In this document: positions 21,174 through 59,785 of the stretch, piece after piece
How the letters are laid out: every line of letters begins with the position of its first letter
How positions within the stretch are numbered: position 1 is the stretch's first letter
Source of the DNA: the human T2T-CHM13v2.0 reference genome, Homo sapiens
Assembly: GCF_009914755.1 (NCBI RefSeq)
Contig: NC_060936.1
Strand: one strand, 5' to 3'
DNA: 64,000 bases
Notes under the pieces: generated by a model
Told to the model about the DNA's origin: nothing
Databases searched by the model: none
The model's input: the letters and a program-made list of their open reading frames with translations, nothing else
Position numbers and translations under genes: made by a program

Positions 21174-23090
21174 TGACGTAATAAAACCCTGCTTCCTGTG
21201 TGCCTGAATGGTACGGCTGCTAGTGGCTAGGGGAAAACACACAAGCTCACACAACTGTCTCAAAAAAGGTGAGAATGTCTCACAAAAGAACAACTGTCTC
21301 CCTTTTAACTGTTGGCCATGAATCTCAAATGAACCCTTCATGCTCCCAGGCAATCAAAATTCCCTAATCCATTCTCAATCCCACTGTCCCAGATGACTAT
21401 TTCATTTCTTCTCTCTTCTCACACCCCTGAAATTCTCCATCCTCATTCTCAGCTGATGACCTTATTTTCTACCTCACCAAGACACATGAAACCTAGCAGA
21501 GAGCTTCTACCACCACCACATCTACTGGAATACTGGCATCTGTTCCCTTACACTCAGCTGGCATGTGTGTTAACTTATCCGTTGGTGACTTATCCATGCT
21601 TCCAACTCGATTCCATCTCCACCCACCCCATCACCATTTCCCTCCCTATTGTGTAATTCCTATCTGTATGTTAACATGTTGTAATTCCTCTAAACTTAAG
21701 ACAGACTTCTCTTGACCACAATTCCTCCAACAGCTTTCCCTATTTATTTGCTTCCGTTTGCAGCAAATTCCTTAAAATAATTGATTATACCCTGTTTCCA
21801 GTTCCTACTCTCCCGCTCTCTCTCCAACTTGGCTCTGGCTTTTCCCCCTATCATTCCACCATACTGTGCTTTTCTGGGTCACCAATGACTCTGACATTGC
21901 TCCATCCAAGGATGGATGCTCAGTCTTTATCTCCACCTCGATGCACTTTCTTTCCTTGGCTTCTGAGCACTGAGCTCCCCAGGTTTTCCTCCTACCTTGG
22001 TGGTCATGGTCCTGGTCAGCCTGGGCCCTACAACAGAGGCGAGAGCCTCCTGCATTCTCTTCCCAATGCCCTGTGGGGCATGACGGTTTCCAGGCTGGCT
22101 GGTGGCATCAGGCACTGTTCCCAGGCCTGGTGATTGCCGGGTGGCGTTCCCTCTGCTGATGTTATTGGGATTCTCCCCATCCCCAGGTAGTTTTCTCACA
22201 TGTGAGTGCTGAGCAGTACTCAGTTAAATACTTGTGGGATCCTCTGCAGACTTCTGGCCATCTCTCTGTGTACCTTTCTCCTCCCTGATCCTCAGTTCTG
22301 TGACCTCCAGGGGCCTTGGTTTCCTGGATCTGGGCCTGTGTCTCCTCAAGTCAGGGAGCTGACTGAGTCCTACCTGGATTTCTCCTTCTAGCAACTCAGC
22401 TTGGAAACTCTCTCAAGGCAGTAAAATGGGCCCAGTCTCTCAGGCATCGTTGTCTTTTTTTGTCCAATGTCCAGTGTCTCAAAAACCGTTGTTTCATGTA
22501 TTTTAGTCTTCTTTGTTGTTGTTTGGTTCAGGAGGTCGGTAAATCTCCTTCTTCTTGGCCCTAAACTAGTAGCCATCTGAAAATCAACATGTTCCAGACA
22601 GAACCTATCAGACCTGCTCGTCTCGTACTCATCCCCATCAAGCTGACACCATTTTCTCACCCCTCCCCTTCCAGTGTCTACTCCGTCAGGAAACCCTTTG
22701 GTTCTTCTTTAAGTTTTATCCATAATCTGACCACTTCTCACCACTTCCACTGCACCCCTGCTCTGAGCTACCATCACTTCTTGCCTGCATTACTGTAATT
22801 GCCACCGAATTGGTCCTTTTTATGCCCTTTTTCAGCTGTAGTATGTCTTCAATTCAGCAGCCAGCATGAGCCTTTCAATGTGTGCACACGGAGCACTCTG
22901 CCCAGAACATGGCGTGGCTGCCTGCGCATTCTCTGATGGATCAGGCAGCTGCTCACTTCAGGGCCCTTGGCTTCTTCCTGGAATATTCTTTCCCTAGGTC
23001 TCTGAATGTCTAACTTCCTCCGATCTTTGATACATGTCAACTTTTTCAATGAGGCTACTCCTTTACAATTTTTAAATTCTTATTTTCTAT

Positions 23091-23451
23091 ATTTTTTTAA
23101 ATACAGAGTCTTGCTCTGTTGCCCAGGCTGGAGTGCAGTGGTGAGAACATTGCTCACTACAGCCTCGAATTCCTGCGCTCAAGTGTGCCTCCTGTTTCAG
23201 CCTCCTGAGTAGCTGGGACCACAGGCACACATCATCATGTCCAGCTAATTTTTAATTTTTTATAATGATGGAATCTCACTATGTTGCCCGGGTTAGTCTT
23301 CTTTCACGGTTTTTGTTTTTTTTTTTTTTAAACATCTGATGTCACCAGTTGGTTCTGACCAGGTTGGTCTCGAACTCCTGGGCTCAGATGATTCTCCAGC
23401 CTCGACCTCCTAAAGTGCTAGGATTATAGGCATGAGCCACTGCTTCCAGCC
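23091..23451 (-). mobile_element. Alu (AluJ-like) carrying a 59-bp internal insertion
   Basis: Dimer interrupted at 23300-23358. Confidence 0.87.
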
Positions 23452-23551
23452 TAATTTTTTTTTTTATTTAAAGAGCACCATCTATTTTTTGAATAGGTAA
23501 AACACCTACATGGTTAAAACTTTGAAAGATCAAAACAGCATACAGTGATAA

Positions 23552-23936
<385 letters not shown>

Positions 23937-24465
23937 TGAATGGTTACATTGCATTTCATCATTTGGATATTCCATAATTTACCTGAAACTTTGGTACCAG
24001 ATACCTTTCAGAATGCAGGATTCCAATATTTTGTTATTATAAACAATGCTGCAATGACTAACCTACATGTGCCGTTTATTTCATATGTGAGAAAATGTGG
24101 GCTGAATTCCTAGAAGTTGAATTGGTGAGTGAAAAGGCATATGTATTTGTAATTTTGGTTACCTGTTACCAAATTGCTCTCTGTAGGGATACATTCCGAA
24201 AAGCAATGTGTGAGAGTGTCTTTTTCTTTACATTTTCAACAACATGGTATATTATTTTTGCCAATCTTACAGGTAAAAAGATGGCATTTTATTTAAATAT
24301 TTTCCTTATTATGAGTGAAATTAAGCCCCAAAGCCTCAAAGCAATTTATATTTTCTTTTCTGTGAACCATCTATTCACAGATCATTGGTTTTGCCTGTAC
24401 TTTCCTATTCCAGTGCACTTTGAGAATAAGACACATATGAGTTTGGGGTGGGGGAATGGGAATTA

Positions 24466-24855
<390 letters not shown>

Positions 24856-25166
24856 TCATCACTTGGGAATGTTTTAACTCTGCTGGTCTTCTGAAGTTCA
24901 GGCCTGTGTGTGCTGGGTCATGTAAAGTTGTTTAAACAAGTCTGGAACAGTCAATTGTGCAATAACACCATGATACTGTTCTATTACAAATACTTATAAT
25001 GCTTAATCCAAGTTCTGTGTCCTTTTCTGATTTTTAGAGATCTTAAAGAATACAAGTGATTTAACAATATTGTTAGTGATTCAGCTTGGAAACAAAAATT
25101 TCATAGCACTCCTCTCCTAAGGAATATTTAGAGACTGGAAGATGAGCTGTTAAAAAAGCTGTTATA

Positions 25167-25465
25167 GGCTGGGTGCAGTGGCTCTTGCCTGTAATCCCAG
25201 CACTTTGGAGGCCGAGGCAGGCGGATCACTTGAGGTCAGGAGTTCGAGACTAGCCTGGCCAACATGGCAAAACTCCGTCTTTACTGAAAATACAAAAAAT
25301 TTAGCTGGGCAGTGGTGACAGATGCCTGTAATTCCAGCTACTCAGGTGGCTGAGGCACAAGAATCAGTTGAACCCTGAGGCAGAGGTTGCAGATAGCCAA
25401 GACTGCACTACTACACTCCAGTGTGAGTCACAGAGTGAGAGTCTGTCTTGAAAAAAAAAAAAAAA
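25167..25465 (+). mobile_element. Alu (AluS-like) with TSD aaaaaagctgttata
   Basis: Full dimer just beyond the C1R 3' end. Confidence 0.92.
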
Positions 25466-25706
25466 GCTGTTATATTTACAACTATGCATGTGGGAAAATC
25501 AGCATTTTCTTTATATTGTACAATCAAAACAAAACACAGATATTTATTGTTATCCATAACCCTAATTGTAAATGTGTGCATAAACTTAACTGTTCTTGTT
25601 GCCTTCCTGAGTAAATATTTTAAATATGACCTTCCTTACAAAATATTTTTATATAAATTAAATACAACTTTTGACTCATTTTGCACACTGGCATTTCTCA
25701 TAAAAC

Positions 25707-25712
25707 TTTATT
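25707..25712 (-). terminator. C1R: C1R polyadenylation signal AATAAA (alternatives: ATTAAA 25902-25907, AATAAA 25543-25548)
   Basis: tttatt on + about 290 nt past the stop. Confidence 0.75.
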
Positions 25713-26000
25713 TGGAAAAAGTTATATTCAATGACCCAATGGTATCAAAGTGGAAGAGGAAAGTGACAACTAGAGATTGATAACTATATCCTCTGCAATC
25801 CTCAGAAGAAAGAAAGGGGCCCTTTGGGTTGTTTCAGGTAAAGTACATCAATGGGACTACAGGAAAGAGAATTTCACACACGGTCTTTCTGCATCAGTAA
25901 TTTTAATAGAGACTCTTAGTGGTTATCAACAACTGGTCAGTTGTTTTTTGTTTTTTTTTTCCACACTGCTCTCTGGATTCGAACCTAGTGAATTCTGGGC

Positions 26001-37472
<11,472 letters not shown>

Positions 37473-37474
<2 letters not shown>

Positions 37475-37530
37475 TTCTCAAGGCCCGTGTTGAATCCTGG
37501 GCTCTCCCGACAGCGTCTTCGTGCACTGTG
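37473..37530 (-). CDS. C1R: C1R exon 1 (5'UTR plus AT of the split start codon; 5' end approximate)
   Basis: GAGAAAT|GTGAGT donor; the G of ATG comes from exon 2. Confidence 0.9.
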
Positions 37531-37597
37531 TGCAGAGGGAGCCCGCGTCATGCACAGCAGGGAGGGGAGGGTTTTCTGTGGAGTGGAGGGGGGACCA

Positions 37598-37661
37598 TTC
37601 CCGGAGGAATGTTGGAGGGAATGAACTATTTGCATAAACAAAAGATCTGAGTTTCCACTTT
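37598..37661 (-). promoter_or_regulatory. C1R: C1R proximal promoter: near-GAS TTCCCGGAG, octamer ATTTGCAT (37628-37635) abutting a forkhead TAAACA, IRF-like AAAGTGGAAACT
   Basis: Motif cluster about 70-130 bp upstream of exon 1. Confidence 0.42.
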
Positions 37662-38340
37662 AATTTAGTTTTGGTTTTGAAATCCCTGTTTGTGGTGCCA
37701 CCTGCTGGTCGGTGAGGGAAAGGGCTAAGGAGACGGGAGTCTGGCTTTTTAGGGCCCGGGGAGCCTTGGGTTGGAGGCCCAGATGTCTCAGTCTCTAAAT
37801 CTGATCAGCTTCTCCCTTCTTCCAAGACTTTCCTGGGGGCTGCTGCTGTGTTTACAAGGTTCCTACCAAAGCAGTGGGAGACCACAGGTGGTGGTGAATT
37901 CTCTTTTCTGGGCTGTCCTTTCCCATTGACCCTGTTCTTCCTGCCCTCATTCAGCCCACAGCCCTGGTCCAAGAATGGCCCGGGTTTCAATGCCCAGGAC
38001 GTAATGATAGGAACACTGGGGCAGAGGAGGGTGTGTGGGAGCGGGCAGAGGAGAGAGGAGCTTGGTTGCCTTGGGGCCCTGGCCTGCTTTAGCCATGAAT
38101 GACACTTGGACATAGAATAGGGTTGGCCATGTCAGGGCAACCCTAAATCAGCCCTGGGTTTGAGACCCTCTGGGGCGGCTGCGGAGGGGGTAAAATGTCC
38201 CCATCTCCTTAGCATCTGCTCAACACAACTGCCAGGGCTGAAGCTAAGGATGCGGGTGTGGAGCAAGAGGGACTCGGTTTTTCTGAGATGAAGCCAGGCC
38301 CCTGGGAGGGAGGAGGGACCCTAGTCTCTCCTGTCCATCA

Positions 38341-38496
<156 letters not shown>

Positions 38497-40139
38497 TTAA
38501 AATAAATTAAAAAACAATTTCATTGTTTTTGGAAGGCTTTCTTCATCAACTCTCCATGGCACCAAATATCTGATGGCACTTCATCCCACGGAGGGGCTTG
38601 GGCTGCAGAGCAGGACTCTGCGTTCTTAAGCCTTTGTAGGCTGTTCTGCTTGTTTCCCTTATTAGATGAATCCCTCCAACCTCCACCCTTCTGCCCCCAC
38701 CCCCGTTCATCCATTTATGGGCTACCTGTTTAATGTGCAAGACACTTTCCCAGGCAATAGATTGCAAGAATTCACAGAGCTGATGCAGTTCCCCATCAGG
38801 CAGTGACCACATCATCAGTAGTTAGACAGCAGGCACACAGAAGGTGCAAGATCCACCAACGCTTGGAGGGTTTCTCCAGCAGGCCTGTGTGTCAGAGCTG
38901 AGGACTGAACCTAACGGAGGGCTGGTCTGTGATGGGATCAGCATATGATCCACAGCCTTGTTAGATCAGGAAAGACAAAAGATGGGGGAGAAGGAAAAGC
39001 ACCAGATCAGAGGACGAGAAGGAAGGGGAATCTCGTCTAACAAACTGCACATTAATATCCTAGCAGCAGTTTGTGTGTGTGTGTGTGTGTGCACGCGCGC
39101 ATGTGCCGTATGTTCATAATGGAGGCAGAGGGAACAGGTAAGGAGGTAAGTCTTAGCTGAAGCTCTTCCGTCCATCCTAGGGATTCTCAGTTCTGCGTTG
39201 GCATTGTGCAACACGCTTGGAGAGCGGCAAACCTGGATGTCATTAGCTCAGTCCCAGCCCTGTCTCCACTCTGCCCAACCATTCAAAATAACCTTTACTC
39301 ACACATTTTTGTTATGTCCTTGACTTTGTTTTGTCCTTGACTCATACCAAGAAGGAAAAAAATGCCATATGAAATGCTGCTGCGTTTGTTTTAAAACAAT
39401 TATTGAGGATATAGTCGGTTACAGTGTTTGTTCCTTTAAGGATTTGATTCTTGGGAAAAAGATTTCTCTCTTAAAGTAGTGGTAGGTTTTCCTCTGTGGA
39501 TATGTCTCTATCGCTAGCTCATCTATCTCCATCATCTCTATCTCTTACCTCCCTCTCTCTCTCATTGTCGATATCTCTATCTCTAGACAGAGACAGCGAT
39601 GGAGATGTAGAGATATAGATCTAGACATACACATATAAATATAGGTATATATATATTTTTTTGCCTTGGCAGGGAGAAACTCATATCATTTTTTGCAATC
39701 ATAAAAATAAGCAAAATAAAATAAAAACATTTCATGCTCATTAAACAAATTTTAGCCAATAGAGAATAGTGGAAAACCAAACAGCCAAAATCTTATCAAT
39801 AAAACCACCTCTGTTTAGTATTTTGAGAGAATTATTATTATATTTTTGGCGATGGGGTTTCACTATGTTGCTTAGGCTGGACTTCAACTCCTGGGCTCAA
39901 GCGATCCTCTTGCATCAGCCTCCTGAGTGGCTGGGGGTATAAGTGTGCATCATTGCACCTGCCTTTTGGGAATATTTTTAATAATCTTTTGTACTGTATG
40001 TGGGTGTAAAAAACAGAAGTAATCACATGTATGTACAACTTTGAATCCTGCCATTTTTTAGAGATAAATTTAACCTTTGACCATATAGCAACTTGACTCT
40101 TGATGCTAACAAATTACCTCTCTTCTCTCTTTTATGGTG

Positions 40140-40176
40140 TTTATTTTCTATTTCCATTGAACAGTTGTATTTTATT
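40140..40176 (-). terminator. C1RL: Candidate C1RL poly(A) signals (two AATAAA: 40171-40176, 40140-40145)
   Basis: tttatt motifs on + about 1.3 kb past the stop. The true 3' end may lie further downstream. Confidence 0.45.
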
Positions 40177-40193
40177 TGTGTCTTTCACTGTAA

Positions 40194-40499
<306 letters not shown>

Positions 40500-41476
40500 C
40501 ATCACCTCCAGGTTTTACTAAAAATTAAAGAGTTGGTCCTCTCAGGTGGAGCAGTTCCCCTGATGATAGGGGCACAGGTGGGGTGTCTGCAAGAACTTCA
40601 GTCCAGTGCTGGGCTCACCTGGCTTCTGCAGGAGATGGGGCCATTAGGAAAGTGTGAGCTAGAGGATACCATTTTCGCAGAAGCAGGAATTCCCAGGGAG
40701 GGAAAATGGTAAGGATGTGGGGGCTGGGAGGGAAAGCGGGTGACACAGCAGGTTAGAGGAGGGTTGAGAAGTATTGCAGCACACTGGGAAGAGCACAGTC
40801 TCTGCAGTCACACACCAGCTGTGGGACTTGGGCAAGTCCCTTTATCCCCTGAGCCTCAGTTTCCTCATTTGTCACACATAGATAATAACACATCCTTTGC
40901 AAATATGGTATGAGGATTAAGTGAAATAACAGGTGAAGCACCTGGCATATAGAGGACATAAAATAAAAAAGGAGCTGTTTCTATAATTGCATCTTGGAGC
41001 TGCAGAATAGCTTGAATATTTGAAGGTCAACTAAAGGGTCTTAGGAATGTTTCAGAAATGCAATGCAATGAAAACCCCTTCCTCCATACTCTAATAGCGG
41101 GTGAGTAGCTGACTCTTCCACAGGTGAGTATAAAAGCTGTGTCAACAGATGAAGTAGGGGAAGGCGGTTCTAAGGACATTCAAGGCGAAAGTTGTTGAGA
41201 TGTACAGGCTTCCCGGGGCCTAGTGCATGAGCACAGGGAGGTAGAGGGTGAGGAGGAGCGGTCTGTGGGACTCTGCTTCCTGTCTGGGATGGGGCGGGCT
41301 TGCCGGGTGGGGGTTTCTCTTGCAGTGGCTTGGTGCAACAGTGATGTGAATAGGATTTCCCTGCCTCCCCCAACCCCCCACCCCCAACCCCTACCCCAGT
41401 GTTCAGTCCTCACTCCAGGCCCTCTGTTGCCTGGGGCCTCCACTGTGCTGGTCAGTCCCTGTTCAAGCCCCCAGGG

Positions 41477-54365
<12,889 letters not shown>

Positions 54366-54447
54366 CTGGAACTGGACATCTGGGACCTGCGAGAGAACTG
54401 GCCCAGGATAGGGAACAAAAGGTGAAGGCCGGTGGGGGAGGAGGAAG

Positions 54448-54456
54448 TTCCTGGAA
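54448..54456. promoter_or_regulatory. C1RL: GAS/STAT site TTCCTGGAA upstream of the C1RL start
   Basis: Perfect TTCN3GAA about 85 bp upstream of the ATG. Confidence 0.45.
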
Positions 54457-54873
54457 ATGTTAAGCAACTCCACAGTTCCCCTTCTCCAATTCTCCGGGCT
54501 GAGCGCCACCTGCCGTCTGACTCAGGAACAGCGGGCCCGCCGCAGCTTAGGGGAGAAACGTCCAAAAACCTCGCTGGCCCTCAGAGGTCAGGGTGGCAGG
54601 GCACTGACTCGACCCTTTTGTACTATTTAACATTAATTTTTGCCATGTGTGTAGGATGGCTCCTTGTGAGTTATGGCTGCTGCCTTCAATCAGCCATGTC
54701 TCTTCCTCCCCGACCTTTCCGTTCACGACATACCCGGGGAGCCTCCCTCTTGTAGAATTGAAGTTTGTGATCCTTGAACTTGAGCTTTCTCTTCCTTTCC
54801 CTCCTCCCCAAGCAGGGGTGGGGGACATGCGCTTAGGTGGTCTTTTGAATCCTATTCACAACCTCTGGAGGCT

Positions 54874-55100
54874 GCTTGTCCAGCATGGTCAGGGCTGGGG
54901 TCGAGCCCAGGTGTCCCTCAGTCCCTAGTCCCAGTCATCACTCAAGCCGTCACTCAAGCTTCTTTAGGCAGATACTAGAGCCCCTGCCTGCTCTCACCGC
55001 TCCCCGAGGAAGGACACTCACCCACAGCTTGGTAGGAGGCCAGAAGGCTCTTATGGAGATGGGTGGTCCCATCCTCAGAGAAGGCAGGTGTGTGGAAGGC
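54874..55100 (-). pseudogene. Relic duplicate of the C1R/C1RL CUB1 exon 3 (3' part 55022-55100) with donor and intron flank
   Basis: Translates AFHTPAFSEDGTTHLHKSLLASYQAV|GTGAGT, versus C1RL TFRTQPSSENKTAHLHKGFLALYQTV and C1R TFHTDFSNEENGTIMFYKGFLAYYQAV. The intron flank matches 46930-47080. Confidence 0.85.
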
Positions 55101-55758
55101 CTTACGTTGTATGCACACACAAATGCATGTGCGCGCGCACACACACCTCTCAGAGAAGAATCTATTGCTTCCCCCATTTTGCATATAGTAATATGGAGGC
55201 AAGTTACAGACCCAAACAGGGTGTGCTCTGCATCTTTGGTTTTTCTAGGCTAGAGAGATTTAGGAGAGCCACAGTCTATGGCTACAAGGAGATGATAAGA
55301 GAGTGATGGCCAGGACAGATGCAATGTCTCAGGTACAGTCTTGAGATCAAGCCTACCTGTCTGCCACACCCCAACCCCAAACACAACTGGGGATGATCTC
55401 CCATACCCATCTTCGAGGAGTGGGCCTCTCTGACTAGGACTTCTTTCCTCCCCTGAGACCACTGAAACCTGCTCTCTCATAGAACTCTTAGGGTCACCTG
55501 GAGCACCTTGGGAGCCAGAGATGCAGCCAAAGAGTGAACAATGGTACCAATCCCAAGACCCATGTGTTAAGAAGAAACCAGCCAAGACTCAGATCAGGAT
55601 TGGGGAGTCCACCCCTCGTTTCCCTTCAGAGCATTATTTCCTTGTTTGCTAAGAGGGGCAGGAACTGGAAAACTCAGGCTAGCCCATCTGAGAAGACTTT
55701 CCTGGAGATGAGCTGGAGGAGGGAGGAGTAAGGCCTTGGAAGGAAACTCCAGGACAGG

Positions 55759-55871
55759 TAGGGTGACCGACTGTTCTGATTTGCGTGGGACCGACGGGTT
55801 TCCCAGGACATGAGGCTTTCCGTTTTAAAATGAGGGAAGTTCTGGGCAAGCCAGGACTGGTGGTCACCCTA
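55759..55871 (+). mobile_element. hAT MITE (MER81-like)
   Basis: TIRs TAGGGTGACC...GGTCACCCTA, 113 bp. Confidence 0.75.
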
Positions 55872-56591
55872 AATGGATAGGGGTTAAAGTGCTGGAGTGA
55901 GGCTGGGTGAGAAAGAGGACAGGGAGCCAAGAGGGTGGGGAGGCAGTGATGCACCGGCAGCCCCAGGTGACTGGGCAGTCCAGGGTCTGGATGTGGTCCC
56001 TGTTTGGGGTAATCCAGCACTCTGAAGATGAGGGCCCACCTTGGTCTCACCTAGGTGGCGTGTGCGGCTGCAGCATGAGTTAGGGTCAAGGGCAAGGGGA
56101 GGAATGGCTGGTGATGTGAGACTGGAGAAGGAGCTGATGGCTCTGTGCATAGCTGGTCACTGCAGGCCCCTGTGGGCTAGGGCTGAGCTGTGCCCCGCTG
56201 TGTTTTCAGCACCACCTCCCCTACACTGGGACCTCGTCTCTAACTGGCAGAGTGGTCAATGAAAAAAAGGGCATGCCTTGGCACATCATGGTCAAACTGC
56301 TAAAAGCCAAAGACAAGAGAAAATCTTTTCTTTTTTTTAATCCCATCCTAAAGACTAGACAGAACAATATTTTCAATGTCACTCTTTTCTCATCAAAACC
56401 AATATAGACCAGAAGACAGTGGAATATCTCTAAAATGCTGAAGGAAAAAAAAAGTCAACTCAGAATTGTTTTTCTAGTGAAAGTATTCTTCCAGAATGAA
56501 GATGAAATAAAGCTATTTTCAGATAAAAGAAAACAGAGATTCTTGTCGCCAGCAGACCTCCACTATGAGAAGCGCTAAAGAAAGTTCTTTA

Positions 56592-56816
<225 letters not shown>

Positions 56817-56924
56817 TTAATGTCTTTAAAATATGTAGAACTGTTCCAGGCAAAAATTATAACATTGTATTGTGAGGTTTATAACATATGTAGCTGTAAC
56901 ATATATGAAGACTGTAGTATAAAG

Positions 56925-57437
56925 CAGGGGTCCCCAACCCCTGAGCCGTGGACCAGTATTGGAGGTGAGTGGTGGTGAGCAAGCAAAGCTTCATCTGTAT
57001 TTGTAGCTGCTTCCCATCACTCACATTACCATCTGAACTTCGTCTTCTGTCAGCAGCAGCAGCAGCAGCAGCATTAGATTCTCATAGGGGCACGAACCCT
57101 ATTGTGAACTATGCATGGAGGGATCTAGGCTGTGTGCTCCTTATGAGAATCTAATGCCTGGTGACCTGTCACTGTCTCCTATCACCCCTAGATGGGACCG
57201 TCTAGTTGCAAGAAAACAAGCTCAGGGCTCCCACTGATTCTACATTACGGTGAGTTGTATAATTATTAATATTTCATTATATATTACAATAACAATAATA
57301 ATAGAAAGAAAACATGCAATGAATGTAATGTGTTTGAACTATCCTGAAACCATCTCCCTCTGGCCCCATCCCTGGTTTGTGGAAAAACCGTTTTCCATGA
57401 AGCCAGTCCCTTGTGCCAAAAAGGGTGGGGACTGCTG
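56925..57437 (+). mobile_element. hAT-Charlie MER1A-like element with an internal (CAG)7 at 57051-57073
   Basis: CAGGGGTCCCCAACC...GGGGACTGCTG; 8-bp TSD gtataaag/gtatagag. Confidence 0.82.
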
Positions 57438-57990
57438 GTATAGAGGACAAGGGGGTGGACTCATGGTTACAAGTTTCCTTCATTTCACATGAAGTGGTAC
57501 AATAGGAACTGAGAAAACTGGAGTTTAGGATGCAGACTAATTCCCAGAGCAGCGGGTCTCCACCCTGTGGTGTGGGAAGACCCACAGGCCCTAAGATCCT
57601 TTCACGGGGTCTGTGAGGTAACAAAATGACTTTCATAAAAATACTCAGATGTTCTTTGCTTTTTTCCCTCTCATTCTGTCATGGTATATGGTGGATTTAC
57701 AGAGGCTACGTGATGTGCAATGATTCATCCGTGGCAGTGAGCGGGATGCGTGCTTGTGTATCTTTGTGATTTAAAATGTTCTCAATTTTGATTTCTAGTA
57801 CAGTGACTATTAATAGATATACCCTACATAAGCCAAAGCTCTCTGGAGTTCTCAATAATTTTTTAAGGGTATAAAGTTTGAGAACAGTTGCCCTAGGGTG
57901 ACTACTAGTAGAAAAAAGCAAAGAAGTATAGCTGAAAGGCCGATGTAGAAATGAAAATGGATGTCTGAATTTGGGGGGACTTTTTTCTAA

Positions 57991-58110
57991 TAGGGTAACC
58001 TATTAGAAATCATCCTGGTCTGTCTAGAAATGAGGTTTTCCTAGGACATGAGGTTTTCAACACTAAAACCAGTTAAGTTCCCCGACACGCCAGGACAGTT
58101 GGTCACCTTA
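57991..58110 (+). mobile_element. Second hAT MITE (MER81-like)
   Basis: TAGGGTAACC...GGTCACCTTA; internal similarity to 55759-55871. Confidence 0.65.
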
Positions 58111-59785
58111 TTGCTAACACTTCAATCATTTACTTCAGTTCCCTTTCCCTTACCCAAGTGTCCCTAAAGAGCATAGGCCACCTCTGCTCTATGTTAAGGC
58201 CCCCAAGTGCAGGTAAGGGAGCTGGGATTCCTGGCATGCTAAGTAAAGGTAGCAAGCTACCAAATTGTAAGGATACTATGTTTACAAATATAGAAAGCAC
58301 CCGTGAGAAAAATCTAAAATAACTGCTTCCTATTAGAGTATGGGGTTGTGGATGATTTAAACCATGTTTCTCTGTTTAGTAAAACTTCTTTAATATTATT
58401 TAATAACTTTGATAGTTACAAAATAAATGTATCTGAAATTATAATTGTGACCAGATGGTCCTTTCTGAGCCAGACAGGATTAGAGAATGAGGGGATGGAT
58501 CCTTTAATCGGCATCTTTAATCCACATGATTAATGAAGAAGTTTTTGTCCTTGCATATAAACTTAGGCCAGGCATGGGTCTTTCCAATCTTAGCTGGGCA
58601 AACAAGGTTGGGGTGCTCCAGTGACTTTATTTTTGGTTTTATTTTTGAAAATCGTGTTGGTGCTGCCCCCTTCTGTCCTGAAAGGGGAAGGGCAGGACAA
58701 CAGAAAGTGCCTTGGGGCTTCCTGGCCAGGGAGTTTCTCTGCAGCCTTCATGAGCCCCCAGCATTTAGAGAGGAGCTTGCCCTCTCCTGGAATCCAAACA
58801 GCCACAGGAGAGCCCAGGCAGAGGAGTCTGGGGCAGCACGAGCCATTTCTGTCCACAGCTTCCCTGTCTTATCTCTAGATACCTTGCCCTGGGCTGGGAC
58901 ACGTGGGGGCTTTTGTGCCCAGTGCCAGGTGAGGAGGGAGATACAGGAGCGAGGTGAAGAGCAGCAGGGGTGATGAGGCGGCTGAGTCAGCCAGACTGGG
59001 ACCCTTTGCTTCTGTCTGGCATGGCCAGTGGAGATGTGGACAGCCCAGGGCAGAGGGGTGACCCTAATGGGTCACACTCCTCCACCCCCAAGTTATCTCA
59101 GGCTTTCATGTCAGGGCCTTGACTTCCATGCCTTATGGACACCTAGGCAGTCGCTAGCTCAACCCCAATGGAGTGTCAGCCACTAGGTTTAGCCCTTAAG
59201 CCCATCCTCCCTACTCTGCCAGTATCTAAAATCTCAATCAATCGTGCCCCTTCCCAGGTTAAAACTTTTCAATGACTGTGCCTCCTGATCCATGAGATGA
59301 AGCCCCAGCCACTTGTTTGTCTCGTCAGGTTCTTCCTTCATAATCAGGCTCTGCATGACTTTCTGGCTTCGCTCTCCACCGCTGCCGCCTCGCATGTGTG
59401 TTCCAGGCGCGGTCATGATGCTATGGCTTCACAAACATGCCTTGCGTTTGCATGTGTGACTCCCCGACCAATGCCGTGTTCTTCAGTCATCAGCATAACA
59501 TGCTGCTTAAAGGAGTGGGCTTGTGTGCCACACTCACCAGGTTTAAACCCAGGCTCTACCATTTAAAAGTTTGGTGACCAAGGCCAGCTTACATAATTTC
59601 TCTGTGCCTCTTAACATCCTCATCTGAAGAACAAGGATGAGGACAACGGTACCCACACCAGAGGGTTGGTGTGAGGGTTAAATGAGTTAATAACCAGAAT
59701 TGCTTAGGGCAGTGTCTGTCATTTGGCAAACAATAAATATCATTACTTGCTTAGGAAGCAGAATAGAATAGCAAAATGGTTAGAT

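Noticed and set aside
38118-38145. TAGGGTTG...CAACCCTA inverted repeat resembling collapsed hAT termini upstream of C1R
   Set aside because: Only an 8-bp stem and no 8-bp TSD.
39500-39655. Imperfect inverted symmetry (TCTATC / GATAGA-rich) between C1RL and C1R
   Set aside because: Low-complexity decayed microsatellite; pairing is too loose to call a structured RNA.
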